Assembly (NCBI GenBank): GCA_944367955.1
Contig: CALVWU010000001.1
Coordinates: 2,103-66,102 of the forward strand
Direction: 5' to 3'
DNA: 64,000 nt
DNA from: an uncultured Clostridia bacterium
Lineage (GTDB): Bacteria > Bacillota > Clostridia > Christensenellales > Borkfalkiaceae
The notes under the pieces are model-generated. The model was not told the DNA's origin, made no database searches, and saw only the letters and a list, made by a program, of their open reading frames with translations. Position numbers and translations under genes: made by a program. This document shows, piece after piece, positions 63,771-64,000 of the stretch. How positions within the stretch are numbered: the stretch's first letter is position 1; the number at the start of each line of letters is the position of its first letter.

Positions 63771-64000
63771 CAGGCAAGCAAAACGGCAATCAAAATGCCC
63801 GTCATGAGAGCTATTTTTATGTACAGAGCGGAATATTTTTTATAGTCCGCAAAGCTTTCGTCCATCTTTTTTTTCAACGACGAAGTGCGTTCGTTAAGAT
63901 AATCTATCTGCGACTGCGCATCGCTTACGCCGAAACCGGAAAAGTAATCGCTTATAAACTGTCCGTCATCGCCGCCCAGCACCCGCTTTCCCGAAACGAT
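63770..64000 (-). CDS. spoIIIAB: Stage III sporulation protein AB (3' part; frame stays open to the window edge)
   Basis: Operon position. The ORF continues upstream of the Met listed in the track through 64000. Confidence 0.68.
   Translation of the reverse strand: MVSGKRVLGGDDGQFISDYFSGFGVSDAQSQIDYLNERTSSLKKKMDESFADYKKYSALYIKIALMTGILIAVLLA

Noticed and set aside
1-64000. CRISPR arrays, toxin-antitoxin pairs, restriction-modification or other defence systems, rRNA genes.
   Set aside because: I saw no regularly spaced direct repeats, no cas, RM or TA-like gene pairs, and no rRNA-like sequence anywhere in the window.

Overview
This is a core chromosomal segment from an endospore-forming Firmicute with Clostridia-like gene content, densely coding throughout. 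I found no CRISPR array, no recognisable defence island, and no prophage or IS element. Nothing here qualifies as a clear new multi-gene system, and most of the window is ordinary core genome.

Left part, mostly + strand:
- adhE 3' end, an APH-like kinase, and nfnAB-like ferredoxin:NADP oxidoreductase genes.
- A small cluster of poorly characterised genes: TSCPD, DUF4364-like, two hypotheticals, Nudix.
- A Cys-rich micro-protein gene.
- An ECF S-component/coaX/hom operon, an M29 aminopeptidase, tRNA-Ser(GGA), a Big_2 lipoprotein and an RlmI-like methyltransferase.
- A three-gene ABC operon: a heterodimeric exporter plus an ABC-F protein.
- spo0A, tRNA-Leu(CAA), polA, coaE, a GNAT gene, a frameshifted GrpB-deaminase fusion and tRNA-Leu(AAG).
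- A membrane XRE regulator next to a membrane-anchored PstS-like protein, then aroK and the glycogen operon glgB-C-D-A-P.
- An ORF-free AT-rich tract followed by a Xer-like tyrosine recombinase, then hflX and lexA.

Right part, from about 43 kb, all on the - strand. The order closely resembles the B. subtilis spoIIIA-to-spoIVB and scpAB/dacB/rluB neighbourhoods:
- rluB, a dac gene, ytfJ/ytfI-like genes, scpB, scpA, an M50 protease, lysA, a second dac gene.
- spoIVB, recN, argR, nadK, tlyA, dxs, ispA, folD, nusB, asp23.
- spoIIIAH through spoIIIAB, which is cut by the window edge.

Most notable observations, all read from the sequence:
1. The Spo0A orthologue has Asn at the phospho-acceptor position (residue 56) and Asp-Ser instead of Asp-Asp in the acidic pocket.
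2. The tyrosine recombinase and its ORF-free AT-rich upstream tract are bracketed by inverted copies of a roughly 21-25 nt motif. A third copy lies 9.7 kb upstream, and a perfect 15-6-15 lox/dif-like palindrome lies in the tract.
3. One tRNA-Leu carries an A34 anticodon (AAG).
4. Four genes have near-consensus promoters abutting the ATG, a leaderless architecture.
5. The ABC-F protein has a deleted P-loop in NBD2 and is co-transcribed with an ABC exporter.
6. A GrpB/blasticidin-S-deaminase-like fusion is interrupted by a frameshift.

All functional calls rest on motif and family recognition by eye. No database search was run.
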